Source: an uncultured delta proteobacterium
GTDB lineage: Bacteria; Myxococcota_A; UBA9160; UBA4427
DNA length: 64,000 bases
Direction of reading: 5' to 3'
Assembly: GCA_963822965.1 (NCBI GenBank)
Contig: CAWGJT010000005.1
Span: 480,001 to 544,000, forward strand
The notes under the pieces are model-generated. The model made no database searches, had not been told where the DNA came from, and saw only the letters and a list, made by a program, of their open reading frames with translations. Positions 11,001 through 20,500 of the stretch are shown piece by piece. The position numbers were made by a program, and so were the translations under genes. The first letter of the stretch is position 1. Each line of letters opens with the position of its first letter.

Positions 11001-11308
11001 GCGGCGATCGACCAGGTCATGGACGCGGGCTCGAAGCAGCGAGCCGCATCGTCCCGGGGCTCCAGCACGGCGTCGAACACCTGCTCGAGGAGCCGGCGCG
11101 GGAACGGGAAGCGCGCGTTCGCAAACACGCCGAGCCGCCGGGCCAGCTCCATGGCGAGCCAACGCTCGATGCCCCGCCCCTGGACGGCGATCGTCTCGGG
11201 CCGCAGCGGCGCGTCCTCCACGGGCTCGCAGGGCTGGGCGACCCGCTCGGAGAGCACCCGCACCAGCTCCTCGATGCGGTTTCCCGCGTGGACGGTCAGT
11301 CCTTCCAG
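8054..11308 (-). CDS. recC: Exodeoxyribonuclease V gamma subunit RecC (probable CTG start)
   Basis: VQGRGIERWLAMELA, IQVHACRGPLREIEVLHDRL, DVVVMTPDIERYAPFVEAVF, GGVTFCELVPMRSIPF, DDDRHLFLEA. The frame extends upstream of the GTG at 11263 to LEGLTVHAGNRIEEL, with AGGAG 7 nt before CTG at 11308. Confidence 0.92.
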   Translation of the reverse strand: MEGLTVHAGNRIEELVRVLSERVAQPCEPVEDAPLRPETIAVQGRGIERWLAMELARRLGVFANARFPFPRRLLEQVFDAVLEPRDDAARCFEPASMTWSIAALLPGLLARPELDPLRRFLLDDPEGEGRIQLAARVAETLDRYAIHRPEMIAAWERGEETLPDDARWQAILWRELVARHGRHHVAARAEAFREAIAVAGEGPLPGLPRRLFLFGITTLPPLYVDVLAALSRHLELHLFVLRCARDPLEEAGPANPLWTSLGSVGRQFHEVLGARGFGPSRQRAVDADPGRATRLAAVQQAVLTGGAPAPGADGSGPADDRSIQVHACRGPLREIEVLHDRLTDLFEADPTLEPRDVVVMTPDIERYAPFVEAVFGAGGEPGSGERPRIGFRLADRRIRATYDVVDAFSRILDALSGRLEASTVVDLLLVERIRRRFGIETADLDVLQAWIRDAGIRWGADAQHRAEAGQPALHQNTWRQGLDRLLLGLAMPVEDRLFAGTLPAPDVQPGRAGLLGSFVAFCECLLALRESLSGARSLASWSEALAGLLDELIDSADDGAGQRAWLRSMLDELASRARQAGFDEPISLVSLRRQLEAELARAGSSHGFLSGGVTFCELVPMRSIPFRVVALVGMNDDAFPRTRPPQGFDLMARDPRPGDRTGRDDDRHLFLEAVISARQHLVITYAGRSLRDGSPRAPSVVVAELLEELARQEGTAAPEDVRATGVREHPLHGFSSRYFDPASPGDLFSYSASECEGARALLRPRSAAGPFVGEPLPEDVSPGGTVELADLLRFVEHPVRFFLQRRLGLYLGDELEVLEDREPLQLDFLEQWKLGDDLLRRELAGVPEHEARELLRARGALPPGTLGELAGDELAGRVRNLLVETAALRGGGPLPAVPFDRSLGSWRLAGELGELWPGGRVVVQYSQRRLRGEIGLWIQHLVLCWLGPPGVPCRSALVARAKDGSADVVELAEVDQPERLLVDLLDLYALGQRVPLPALRDASEKQAEYAVKHGWDGGVAASARRAWEPSTDFVGGADRNEVYLAQAFRDVDPLDPATPLPGGETFLSLVRRIYEPYLVAKGAR

Positions 11309-11392
11309 CTCTCAACTCCTCGGAAACGAACGGCTTTCATGAATTCTTCCGAGAGGCCCCCGCGGGTTCTCGTTCCTGAAAACCATGAAAAC

Positions 11393-11411
11393 GACATTGA
11401 TTTTCAATTTC
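11393..11411. promoter_or_regulatory. Putative Fur box
   Basis: GACATTGATTTTCAATTTC matches the classical GATAATGATAATCATTATC at 13/19 positions, with an ATTGA-N3-TCAAT dyad. It lies in an AT-rich island (11377-11412) upstream of bfd-bfr. Confidence 0.75.
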
Positions 11412-11457
11412 AGACCTGTACGATTCCGGCCGTCAAGCAGACGAGAGGCGGGTTTCG

Positions 11458-11676
11458 ATGCTGGTATGCCACTGCAACGGAGTCTCCGATCGAACGGTAC
11501 GTCGCGTCGTTCGCGACGGCGCGCTGAGCGTCGCCGAGGTCGGTCGAGCGTGCGGCGCAGGAACCTGCTGCCGGGGCTGCAGCTCCACCATCGGTCGCAT
11601 CATCCGCGCCGAGTGCCACCGCCAGTCCAAGAGCAGCGAGCCCACCACCCTGGCGGTCGCGTCTTCGGCCTCCTGA
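11458..11676 (+). CDS. bfd: Bacterioferritin-associated ferredoxin (2Fe-2S)
   Basis: MLVCHCNGVSD...GAGTCCRGC pattern. Directly upstream of bfr. Confidence 0.9.
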   Translation: MLVCHCNGVSDRTVRRVVRDGALSVAEVGRACGAGTCCRGCSSTIGRIIRAECHRQSKSSEPTTLAVASSAS

Positions 11677-11731
11677 GCCTGTCATGTTCGGCCTCCTGAG
11701 CCTGTCTCCACCGGCCTCCTGACCTCCTGAG
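11664..11731 (+). repeat. Tandem duplication of the bfd 3' end
   Basis: TTCGGCCTCCTGAGCCTGTC twice (23-bp period) plus truncated CGGCCTCCTGA and CCTCCTGAG copies. The first copy contains the bfd stop. Confidence 0.8.
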
Positions 11732-11867
11732 GTCTCCACGCGCGTCCACCCTCCCTGGCGCATCGGCGCAGCCTGCGATTGCCGTCGACGCGACCGCGTG
11801 CAGAGGCCATCCTCGTGTGATCGCGGAGCCTTCCGCGCAACGCCGCACCACTTCGAGGAGCCACGTC

Positions 11868-12341
11868 ATGCAGGGAGATTCCGCCGTCGTCGAGGCGTTG
11901 AACGACGTCCTGACCGCCGAGCTCACCGCCATCAACCAGTACTTCATCCACCACAAGATGTGCGAGAACTGGGGCTACGAGAAGCTCTCGCACAAGAAGC
12001 GCGAAGAGTCGATCGAAGAGATGAAGCACGCCGACGACGTGATCGAGCGCATCCTCTTCCTCGACGGCGTGCCGAACATGCAGCGGCTCTCGGCCGTCTC
12101 CGTGGGCGAAGATCCCATCGAGCAGCACCGTCTCGACCTCGATCTCGAGCTCGAGGCGGTGAAGCGCCTGAACGCGGCCATCGCCCTGGCGCGCGAGAAG
12201 GCCGACAACGGCACGCGCGAGCTGCTGGAGAACATCCTCGTCGACGAGGAGGAGTCGGTCGACTGGCTCGAGGCCCAGCTCCACCTGGTGCAGGAGGTGG
12301 GCAAGGAGCGCTACCTCGCGGAGATGATCCACGAGGGCTGA
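11868..12341 (+). CDS. bfr: Bacterioferritin
   Basis: MQGDSAVVEALNDVLTAELTAINQYFIH...ESIEEMKHAD...ERILFLDG. 157 aa with a GAGGAG SD. Confidence 0.96.
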   Translation: MQGDSAVVEALNDVLTAELTAINQYFIHHKMCENWGYEKLSHKKREESIEEMKHADDVIERILFLDGVPNMQRLSAVSVGEDPIEQHRLDLDLELEAVKRLNAAIALAREKADNGTRELLENILVDEEESVDWLEAQLHLVQEVGKERYLAEMIHEG

Positions 12342-12367
12342 CCGGTGGGCCCGGCGCCGCGGCCCCG

Positions 12368-13141
12368 TCACAGCATGTGCGAGTTGACCGAGATGCCGCC
12401 GTCCACCCAGAGGGCGTGACCGGTCACGAAGCTCGAGCGATCCGAAGCCAGGAAGACCACGGCGTCCGCGATCTCCTCCGGCCGGCCCAGCCGACGCATG
12501 GCGTGGGTGGCGACGGTCTTCTCGCGAATCTCGGGGTAGTGCTCGAAGTAGCGCTTGATGGCGTCGGTCTCGATACCGCCGGGACAGATCGAGTTGACCC
12601 GGATGCCGCGGGTCGCATACTCGGCGGCCGCCGTCTTGGTGAGCGCCTCGACGCCGCCCTTGGCGGCCGAGTAAGCCGCCAGAAAGACCTCGCCCTGAAT
12701 GCCCGACGGCGAGCTGATGTTGACGATCGAGCCGCCGCCCGTCTCGAGCATGCCGCGCACCTCGTGCTTCACGCAGAAGAAGGTGCCGGTGAGGGTCACC
12801 TCGATGCCCGAGCGAAAGTCCTTCGCGCTCACCTGCTCCAGGGGTCCGAACGCCCGGCTGCCGCCCATGGCGTTGTTGCATGCCCAGTCGAGCCCGCCGC
12901 CGGCCGCACGGGCATGGGCCACCATCGCCTCCACGTCCGATTCGCTGGCGATGTCCGTGCGCAGGAACTCGGCTCGCCCGCCGGCGGCGCGGATCTCCTC
13001 GACGCAGTCGCGCCCGCCCGCCTCGTCGATGTCGCACACCAGTACGAACGAGCCCTCCTCGGCGGTGCGCCGGGCGACGGCGCGCCCGATGCCGTTGGCC
13101 GCGCCGGTGACGATCCCGCTCCTGCCTTCCAGCTCTGCCAA
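12368..13141 (-). CDS. Short-chain dehydrogenase/reductase
   Basis: TGAANGIG, NNA, YSAAKGG, IRVNSICPG, VDGG. TTG start with GGGAG SD. Confidence 0.9.
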   Translation of the reverse strand: MAELEGRSGIVTGAANGIGRAVARRTAEEGSFVLVCDIDEAGGRDCVEEIRAAGGRAEFLRTDIASESDVEAMVAHARAAGGGLDWACNNAMGGSRAFGPLEQVSAKDFRSGIEVTLTGTFFCVKHEVRGMLETGGGSIVNISSPSGIQGEVFLAAYSAAKGGVEALTKTAAAEYATRGIRVNSICPGGIETDAIKRYFEHYPEIREKTVATHAMRRLGRPEEIADAVVFLASDRSSFVTGHALWVDGGISVNSHML

Positions 13142-13188
13142 GTCGATCGCTCCCGTGGGCCCTTCGCGGGGCCCTTCGCATGCGCCTT

Positions 13189-14289
13189 TCAGGGGCGGAA
13201 GGACGCCCGGCCCAGCCGATCTCCGTCGAAGGTGCCGACGAAGATCTGGTCCCCCACCTCGAGGGCGACGGTGCCCGCGCCCTGGGCGGTGGCGGGATGC
13301 TCGAGGATGGTGCGCACGTCGAGCGTGACCGGGTCGACGAGCACCACCGAGAAGGGCAGCGCGCACGTCCCCTGCGGCACGCCGTCGCATCCCAGCACGT
13401 CGCCGATGCGGCCCACCTGCCCGGTGACGAGCAGGCGACCGTCCCGGGTCCACGTGATGTTGTCCGGCCGGTGGGGCAGCACGACCTCGTCGCGCTGCAC
13501 GGCCCCGTCGTCCCGCAGGCGCAGGCGGACCAGGCGGGAGCCGGTCCACTCCGCGAAGTAGATCTCCCGTCCGTTCGGCGTCGCCACCACGCCGTTGGGT
13601 CCGCGGCCCCCGCTGCTGGGAACCTCGCGGAACCCCGAAGCGGGCGACCACTCGAGAACGCGACCGGTGTCGAGGCCCGCGACGAGCTTCACCAGGGAGA
13701 GCGCGCCGGCCAGTCCGCCCTTGTCGAGCATCTGGGTCACCACGAAGCCGCCGTTCGCGAGCAGCGCGACGTCGTTGGGCCAGACCCCCTCCGGCAGGGG
13801 GACGCAGCCCTGCCACGAGAGCACCGGACCGCGGGCCGACTGTCCCACGGAGAAGAGCTCCACGGCCTCGCGACCCCCGTGGTTCACCGCGGCCAGACGG
13901 CGGGCGCGCAGGTCGACGTCGATGCCGTGGGGCGAGAAGCGCGCCGGGTCGGGTGGCCCCGGACAGTCCGCCGCGCCCGGGCCCGCTCCCCCGGCACTCC
14001 TCGCCTGGGAGTCGGGAAACAGCGGCAGCTTGCGGCCGTCGCTCACGCGGTAGGCGACGAGGGCACCCGGCTCGGCGTCGTTGCCCCCGTACTCGCTCAC
14101 CGCGATCCACCCCGCACCCGGCAGCGGCGCCAGGTCTTCCGGGTTGTGGAAGCCGCAGATGGGCGTGATCCCGTCGGCCGGCTCGCAGCCGGTGATGACC
14201 TTCGGCTCGACGCCGCAGCCCTGCAGCGCGAGCACCAGCAGCAGCCCCGCCGGCCCCGTCTTTCCTCCCAGGCTCGACCTCCGGGTCAT
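13189..14289 (-). CDS. Lipoprotein, SMP-30/gluconolactonase/paraoxonase-like beta-propeller hydrolase
   Basis: Lipobox LQGC, NPEDL, FSPHGID, WPNDV, GPNGV, RPDNI. ATG overlaps the upstream TGA. Confidence 0.75.
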   Translation of the reverse strand: MTRRSSLGGKTGPAGLLLVLALQGCGVEPKVITGCEPADGITPICGFHNPEDLAPLPGAGWIAVSEYGGNDAEPGALVAYRVSDGRKLPLFPDSQARSAGGAGPGAADCPGPPDPARFSPHGIDVDLRARRLAAVNHGGREAVELFSVGQSARGPVLSWQGCVPLPEGVWPNDVALLANGGFVVTQMLDKGGLAGALSLVKLVAGLDTGRVLEWSPASGFREVPSSGGRGPNGVVATPNGREIYFAEWTGSRLVRLRLRDDGAVQRDEVVLPHRPDNITWTRDGRLLVTGQVGRIGDVLGCDGVPQGTCALPFSVVLVDPVTLDVRTILEHPATAQGAGTVALEVGDQIFVGTFDGDRLGRASFRP

Positions 14290-15749
14290 GCCCGGGCTCC
14301 CAGGGCTCTGCCGGGTCCATCGACGCGCCTCGAGCCCGCTCGCAAGCGCTCCCACAGAGCGACGCCCGCCTCGATCAGTCGTGTGGCCGCGTCGGGCTCG
14401 AAGGTCGACTGCAGGATCTCGTAGCGCTCCTCGGCCCGATCCGACGCGAAGTGGTCGGCGTGGGGCAGGTAGCGCAGCCAGCCGTTGGCGATCGACACGA
14501 CGGCGCCGGCCTCGCCCACCGCCCGGCGCCAGGCTCGGCCCACGTCCACCGTCACCTCGAACGGCAGGGCGAGCAGCCACAGGGGCCCGACCCGCAGGAC
14601 CTGTACCTCCACCTCGGGCACCAGGCCCGCGGCCATGCGCCGCGCCGTGGCGTCGCGCAGCAGCAGGCGCACCCGCGATGCGCGCGCACGCACCTCGTCC
14701 GCGGGAAGCCCGGCGGTCCGTTCCGCCAGCAGGCGGTACCACTCGCCCACACCGGGCTCCCGGTCGGGCGACAGCCCCAGCGCCGCGAGGGCCTCCCGCC
14801 GGCGCTGGGCGAGGGCCGCGTCGTGCTGGATCTCGCCCCGGCTCCCGGCGTGGATCGGTAGCGCGATGCGAACGCTCGCCGATGCGATCTCGACGTCCGA
14901 CCGGGTCTCGATCCCGCGCGCGGCGCGGGAAACAGCCTGGCCCACCTCCCCGCCGAGCGCGCGCATCTCGTCGGGGTCGACCCCGAGGCTCTGGTCGGCG
15001 ATCGCGAGATCGAGGATTCCCCGGGTTCGCGGGTCCACGTCGCCGTGGGCGCCGAGCGCGAAGATCGCGAGCGCGCCGGGCAGGGCCTCCTCGATGGTGG
15101 CGGACGCCTGACCGGGCCAGTCGGCCGAGAAGCACAGGTTGTCGTGCCCCAGGCTCGTCGGGTGACACCCGTGGATGTAGAGAACCGCCAGGGGCGAGCC
15201 GTCGGGGCGATCGATCCGGACGACGCGGGCGTCGGGCTCGACGGGACCGTTCTCGATCCGACGGTTCCGGCCGATGTCCACGGGGGCCGTGTCGATGCCG
15301 AGCCGCGCCGGCTGGGCCGACTCGAAGGCAGCGACCGCGGCATCGACCACCCGATCGAAGAGGGGCGCCACCTCGGCCGGCGTCGATCGGCCACCGAGCA
15401 CCGACAAGAGCCCCGTCTCGGGTCCCGAATGCGTGTGCGTGCAGCCGATCACGATCTGGCGCGGCACGAGGCCCGTGCGGGAGCGGATGCGCTCGCGAAG
15501 CTCGCGCGCCTGGGCGACCGCGATCAGGCACACGTCGATCTCGACGAGCAGGAGCGCACCGTCCTCCCGCGCGCCGCCTGCCAGGAACAGCGCGCGCCCG
15601 TACAGCGGATCGTGCCGGCCCGTCGCCGTCCCCCGTCGCGCTCCGTAGCCCATCATCGCCGTGCCGAGCGACGGATGCAGCTCCATGCGGCTCACACCCG
15701 CGCGCAGCGCTCCCTCGGACGATGTGGCGCGGACCCGCGCGTGCGACAT
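14286..15749 (-). CDS. Neutral/alkaline ceramidase-like hydrolase
   Basis: MMGYGAR...HDPLYGRAL, CTHTHSGP, GCHPT, SADWPG, GAHGDVDP motifs. GGAGG SD before ATG 15749. Confidence 0.7.
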   Translation of the reverse strand: MSHARVRATSSEGALRAGVSRMELHPSLGTAMMGYGARRGTATGRHDPLYGRALFLAGGAREDGALLLVEIDVCLIAVAQARELRERIRSRTGLVPRQIVIGCTHTHSGPETGLLSVLGGRSTPAEVAPLFDRVVDAAVAAFESAQPARLGIDTAPVDIGRNRRIENGPVEPDARVVRIDRPDGSPLAVLYIHGCHPTSLGHDNLCFSADWPGQASATIEEALPGALAIFALGAHGDVDPRTRGILDLAIADQSLGVDPDEMRALGGEVGQAVSRAARGIETRSDVEIASASVRIALPIHAGSRGEIQHDAALAQRRREALAALGLSPDREPGVGEWYRLLAERTAGLPADEVRARASRVRLLLRDATARRMAAGLVPEVEVQVLRVGPLWLLALPFEVTVDVGRAWRRAVGEAGAVVSIANGWLRYLPHADHFASDRAEERYEILQSTFEPDAATRLIEAGVALWERLRAGSRRVDGPGRALGARA

Positions 15750-15801
15750 GACGGACCTCCCCGGCTGCACGATGATAGACCCGATGGCACGAACCTCCGG
15801 C

Positions 15802-16317
15802 ATGAGAAGCGCAAACGAGACGGCTTTCTATTTTGCCTACGGGTCGAACATGAGCAGCGCGCGACTGTCGAGTCGCGTCGCTTCGGCCCGGGCGCAGGGC
15901 GTCGTGCACCTGCGCGGCTGGTGCCTGGCCTTCGACAAGCCGGGCCGCGACGGCACCGGCAAGGCGAATCTCGTGCGGGAGCCCGGCGCGCTCGTGTGGG
16001 GAGTCGCCTATACGCTCGACCCCGCCGAGTGGGAGATCCTCGACGGGTTCGAGCCCGGCTACCGGCGCTTCCCGGTTCGCTGCGAGCGCGCCGGCGGCGG
16101 GCCGCTTCCGGCGGTCACCTATCGATTCGAGCGATCCGAACGAGCGGCGCGGGACGAGGGTCGGGGGCGATCCGAACGCGGTCGGGCGGCGCCGCCGCCG
16201 GGCCCCAGCGCCGAGTACCTGGGCCACCTGGTCGCCGGTGCGCAGGAGCACGGTCTGCCCGCGGACTATCGCTCGCGTCTCGAAGGGCTGCTCGATGCGA
16301 TCGGCCCGCGAGCCTGA
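15802..16317 (+). CDS. Gamma-glutamylcyclotransferase family protein
   Basis: YFAYGSNM, VWGVAY, LDGFE, PSAEYL motifs. Confidence 0.85.
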   Translation: MRSANETAFYFAYGSNMSSARLSSRVASARAQGVVHLRGWCLAFDKPGRDGTGKANLVREPGALVWGVAYTLDPAEWEILDGFEPGYRRFPVRCERAGGGPLPAVTYRFERSERAARDEGRGRSERGRAAPPPGPSAEYLGHLVAGAQEHGLPADYRSRLEGLLDAIGPRA

Positions 16318-16330
16318 GCGCGCGGGTCCG

Positions 16331-17479
16331 TCAGCGGATACGCTTTGCCAGCCGCACCAGGGCTTCGGCCACCCGATCCGGGGGGGCGGCCGTGTAGCAG
16401 AGACGCACCCAGCTCCCGTACGCCTCGCCTGACGAGGCCCCCGGCGCCACCAGCACGCCGTCCTCGAAGCAGTCGGCCAGGAAGCCTTGGAGACCCCGGT
16501 CGTCCAGGCGCGCGCTCACGTCCACGAAGAGGAAGGTCGATCCCCCGGGCGCGGGCAGGCCCAGCTCGAGCGCGGCGTGCTCCCCCGCCGCCCGATACTG
16601 CTCGCGTGCCGAAGCGATCCACGGGCCGCCGTCCCGCAGCGCGGCGAGCCCCGCGAGCTGACCGGCGGTGGGTGCGTGATAGAACGAGTGGGTGCCGATC
16701 TTGCGGGCCTCGTCCACTACCGCCCGGGGCCCGGTCAGGTAGCCCACCCGATTGCCCGCCATCCCGTAGGCCTTGGAGAACGAGTGCACCGCGATCGTCC
16801 GCTCGGGGGCCATCGGCGCCAGGGATGCGTGCGCTCCGCGATAGACGAAGTCCTCGTACACCTCGTCCGAGAGCAGCCATAGATCGTTCTCCCGGGCCAG
16901 GTCGGCCAACGCGGCCAGCCACGACTCCGGCAGCACCACGCCCGTCGGATTGGAGGGCGTCGAGACGTAGAGGGCCACCGTGCGCCCGCTCAGACGCGCG
17001 CGTACGGCTTCCCGAGCCGCCTCCGCGGAGTCCACCCGGTCGTAGAAGGGAACCTCGACCGGCACGCCGCGGAACGACTGCACGATGCCCCGGATGAGCG
17101 GCCAGAACGGCGCCAGGATCAGCACCTCCTCACCGGGCTCGACCAGCGCACCGATCACGGCCGCGAGGCCTCCCGTGGCGCCGCCGGTGACGAGCACCGA
17201 TTCGCGCTCCACCGCCAGCCCCTTGCGCTCCCGGATCCGCTCCACCAGCGCGTCCACGAGCGGGGGCAGACCGCGGGTATCGCAGTAGCGGTGCATGCCC
17301 GGGTGCTCCTCCACTCGCAGGTCCTGCATGCGACCGCCGGCGAAGGGCTCCATCCAGGTATCGCCCACGTGCAGGGGAAAGATCGGCCCGGGGTGCGTCG
17401 CGATCCGATCGGCGAAGGGCGAGTACACCGCGCCGGGCATCTTCGCGACGCTGGGCGCGGTATGCGGCGAACGAGGCAT
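16331..17479 (-). CDS. PLP-dependent aminotransferase, class I/II
   Basis: TPSNPTG, SDEVYEDF, SFSKAYGMAGNRVGY (PLP Lys). Confidence 0.9.
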   Translation of the reverse strand: MPRSPHTAPSVAKMPGAVYSPFADRIATHPGPIFPLHVGDTWMEPFAGGRMQDLRVEEHPGMHRYCDTRGLPPLVDALVERIRERKGLAVERESVLVTGGATGGLAAVIGALVEPGEEVLILAPFWPLIRGIVQSFRGVPVEVPFYDRVDSAEAAREAVRARLSGRTVALYVSTPSNPTGVVLPESWLAALADLARENDLWLLSDEVYEDFVYRGAHASLAPMAPERTIAVHSFSKAYGMAGNRVGYLTGPRAVVDEARKIGTHSFYHAPTAGQLAGLAALRDGGPWIASAREQYRAAGEHAALELGLPAPGGSTFLFVDVSARLDDRGLQGFLADCFEDGVLVAPGASSGEAYGSWVRLCYTAAPPDRVAEALVRLAKRIR

Positions 17480-17513
17480 GGGGCGGAAGCCTAGCCCCAA
17501 TGCGGCGAGGCGC

Positions 17514-20500
17514 TCAGGCCCGGAGGATCGCCTGCAGCCGGGTCGCCAGCTCGCGGGCGGACTGGATGCGATCCTCCGGCTTCTTGGCCATCAGGTGCAT
17601 GATGAGCTCCGCCATGGCAGCGGGCACGTCCACGTTGCGTTCGCGTGCGTCGGGCGGCGGCGTGTGCACGTGGTGGTAGACCACGTCGCCGGATTCGAAG
17701 GGAACCGTTCCGGTCACCAGCTCGAAGAGCGTACCGCCCAGGGCATAGAGGTCCGTGCGGTGGTCGACGTCGCCGCCCGTGGCCTGCTCCGGTGCCATGA
17801 AGTTGGGCGTGCCCCCGATCAAGGTCGATCCCCGCCGCACCTCCTCGACCATCTTGGCGAGGCCGAAGTCCATGATCTTCACGGTGCGGTCCCGGGTGAG
17901 GAAGAGGTTCGACGGCTTGATGTCCCGGTGGACGATCTTGCTGCGCTGGGCGTAGTCGAGCCCCGCCGCCACCTGCAGGCCCACCGTCGCCGCAGCGCGG
18001 GTGGGCAGGGGCCCGCGGCTCGCGAGCACCGACTCGAGACCGGAGCCTTCGAGGCACTCCATCGTCAGGAAGTAGGTGTCTCCCTCGCGACCGGCGTCGA
18101 ACAGGGTGACGATGTTCTGGTGGTTGAGCGCGGCGGCGGCGCGCGCCTCGCGAAGGAAGAGCTTCACCGCCTGGGGATGCTGGCGGAGGTTCTCGGGAAG
18201 CACCTTGAGGGCCACCACGCGCCCCAGGTTGCGGTCGCGTGCACGGAAGACCACGCCCATGCCGCCCCGTCCGAGCTCCTCGAGGAGCTCATAGCGGCTG
18301 TTCTCGTCGCCGATCCGAGCGCTCGTGGCGCTGTTCGCGAGCACCGTCGAGCTGTCCCGCGGTGAGGTCTCGACCTCCTGGGAGATGTGCTTCTTCAGGT
18401 CCTCGACCCGGGCGGAGACGTCGCCGAAGTGGACGTCCCGGCGGCGGATGCGCTCGTAGATGGTGAGCGCGTCCTGGGGGCGCGACGCCTGCTCGAGCAG
18501 CTCCGCGTAGGCCCGTTGCATGTCCAGGGGCGCGTTGTCGGGCCCCCAGATCTCCAGCGCCTCGGCGTACTTCTCCACCGCCAGGTCGATCTCGCCGCGG
18601 CGGGTGAGCAGGTCGGCCAGCAGGCGGCAGCCCTCGCTGTAGAAGCCGTGCCGGCTGTCGACCTGCTGCAGGCTGTGGATGGCCCGATCGATCTGGCCAT
18701 GCTCCGCCGCATACTTGCCGGCCTCGTAGACGTCGCCCAGGGCCTCCAGCATGGCGAGCGCCTTCTCGACGTCTCCCACCTCGCCGTAGCAGTCTGCGGC
18801 GCGCTGGTAGTCGTAGGCCGCCTCGTAGTTGCGGGCGGCGGCCGCCAGGTCGCCTTCCGCCTCGTAGGCCTCGCCCGCCCGGGCGTGCTCGCCCGCCTTC
18901 TCGAGCAGCTCTGCCGACAGCCCGGTCGCCGTGCTGCTGGAGTCGCCGCTGCGCAGCTTCACGGATTCGGCGTGCATGCCCGCGTTCTCGAGCACGCGGG
19001 CGGCTCCCTCGGTGTCTCCCTTGCGGCGCAGATGGAGCGCCCGCACGCGATCGGCCGATGCCGGGTCGCCGGCCTCCTGCAGCGCCGTCGCGGCGGCGGT
19101 GTAGTCGCCCTCGACGTACGGGCCCACCGCCTCTGTACAGCCGCTGAAGACGATGCCCTGCACATCGTCCATGTCCACGCGCAGGGTGACGGGCTTCGAC
19201 GAATCGAGCTCCAGGGGAACCTCGACCACCCGATCCGCCGCGCCGACCACCACCACGTGGCTTCCCGGCGCAGCGTAGACGTAGGCCTGACCGCCCGAGA
19301 CGAAGCGCAGCGACTGGGGATCCCCGCGGAGCGCGACGCGGGCCTGGTCGATCGAGCCGCCGGCGAGCTGCGGGACCACGGTGATGGCCGCCGTCTGGGT
19401 CCGCATGTCGAACTTGACCTCGACCGTGCGCCAGCGCCGCACCGAGACCGTCTTCTCCTCGAGGAACTCCCCGATCAGCTTGTCGGTGCCGAGATCGAGC
19501 AGCGGTCCGCGAACCGTGACGTAGTAGGGCTTGCGCCGCGCGGGCACCATGCCGAAGACCATGAAGGTGCCCTTCAGCCGTCGCTCGTTGCCGCGCACCG
19601 CCTGCAGCCGCTTCTCGAAGCGCCAGCTGGGCGCCGCGGACTGCTTCTTGTCCTCCTTGAACTTGCGCGGCCGCCGGGAGATCGAGATGGAGAAGAGCGC
19701 GCGGCCGTGCTGCGGAGCCCGCACGCGCACCACCACCCGCCCCCAGCCCCGGATCGCGGGGCGCAGCAGCAGGAGCGCGAGCAGGCCCCAGCCCACCAGC
19801 GCCTTCCGGTTCCAGGCCACGTACGCGCTGTCGGGTCCGGCCTCGACGCAGGCGCGGTTCGCGAGGAGCGAGACCTCCCCCTCGGCGCGGCCGCCGAGCT
19901 TGCGCAGCTCGAGCACGTAGTAGGGGCGCGACCCGCAGGCCGCGACGGCCCCGATGCTGCCCAGCGGGTGCAGGACGCGGCCGAGGAAGACGGCGTCCGT
20001 ATCCAGGCTGAGATTCACGAAGCTGATGAGCTCGGCGCTGCGCGAGACGTCCGCGTCGAAGCGACGCAGGTCGTCGAGCGACGCGCCCAGCATCTCCGGG
20101 GTCGAAGCGGGCGCGCCCACGAGGCTGTGCGAGCGGTCGATCGCCGCGAGCAGCCCGGTCTCGATGGCGGCGAGGTTCGGAGCCTTGGGGTGCAGCCACT
20201 CGACCAGGCGGTCTCGCCAGTGGTCGCCGGACCGGAGGCCGAGGAAGGCCACGCGGTCCCCGTATCCTTCGGGCGTCACGAAGCTCTGCAGGAGCGCGTC
20301 GAAGCTCTGACTGGTGGCCGCGCCCTGCTCGGCCGCCGACGTCCCGGCGCTCTCGCCCGAGACGAGGCGCACCACTTCCATCACCTCCTCGGCCCGTTCG
20401 CGATCGCCCCGGGCCAGGTAGGCGTCCGCCAGTGCCTGGCGCCCGTACATCGAGAGACGCCGCCTGAGCAGCGCGTGCTCCAGGGTCAGGATCGCGCCGT

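Noticed and set aside
6858..11315. 1485-aa ORF as a novel helicase
   Set aside because: It is an off-frame reading of recC joined to the RecB N-terminal fragment.
17491..17504. 14-bp match CTAGCCCCAATGCG to 1373-1386
   Set aside because: Single short match with no partner inverted end at this site. The sequence is also explained by the -10 element of the aminotransferase.
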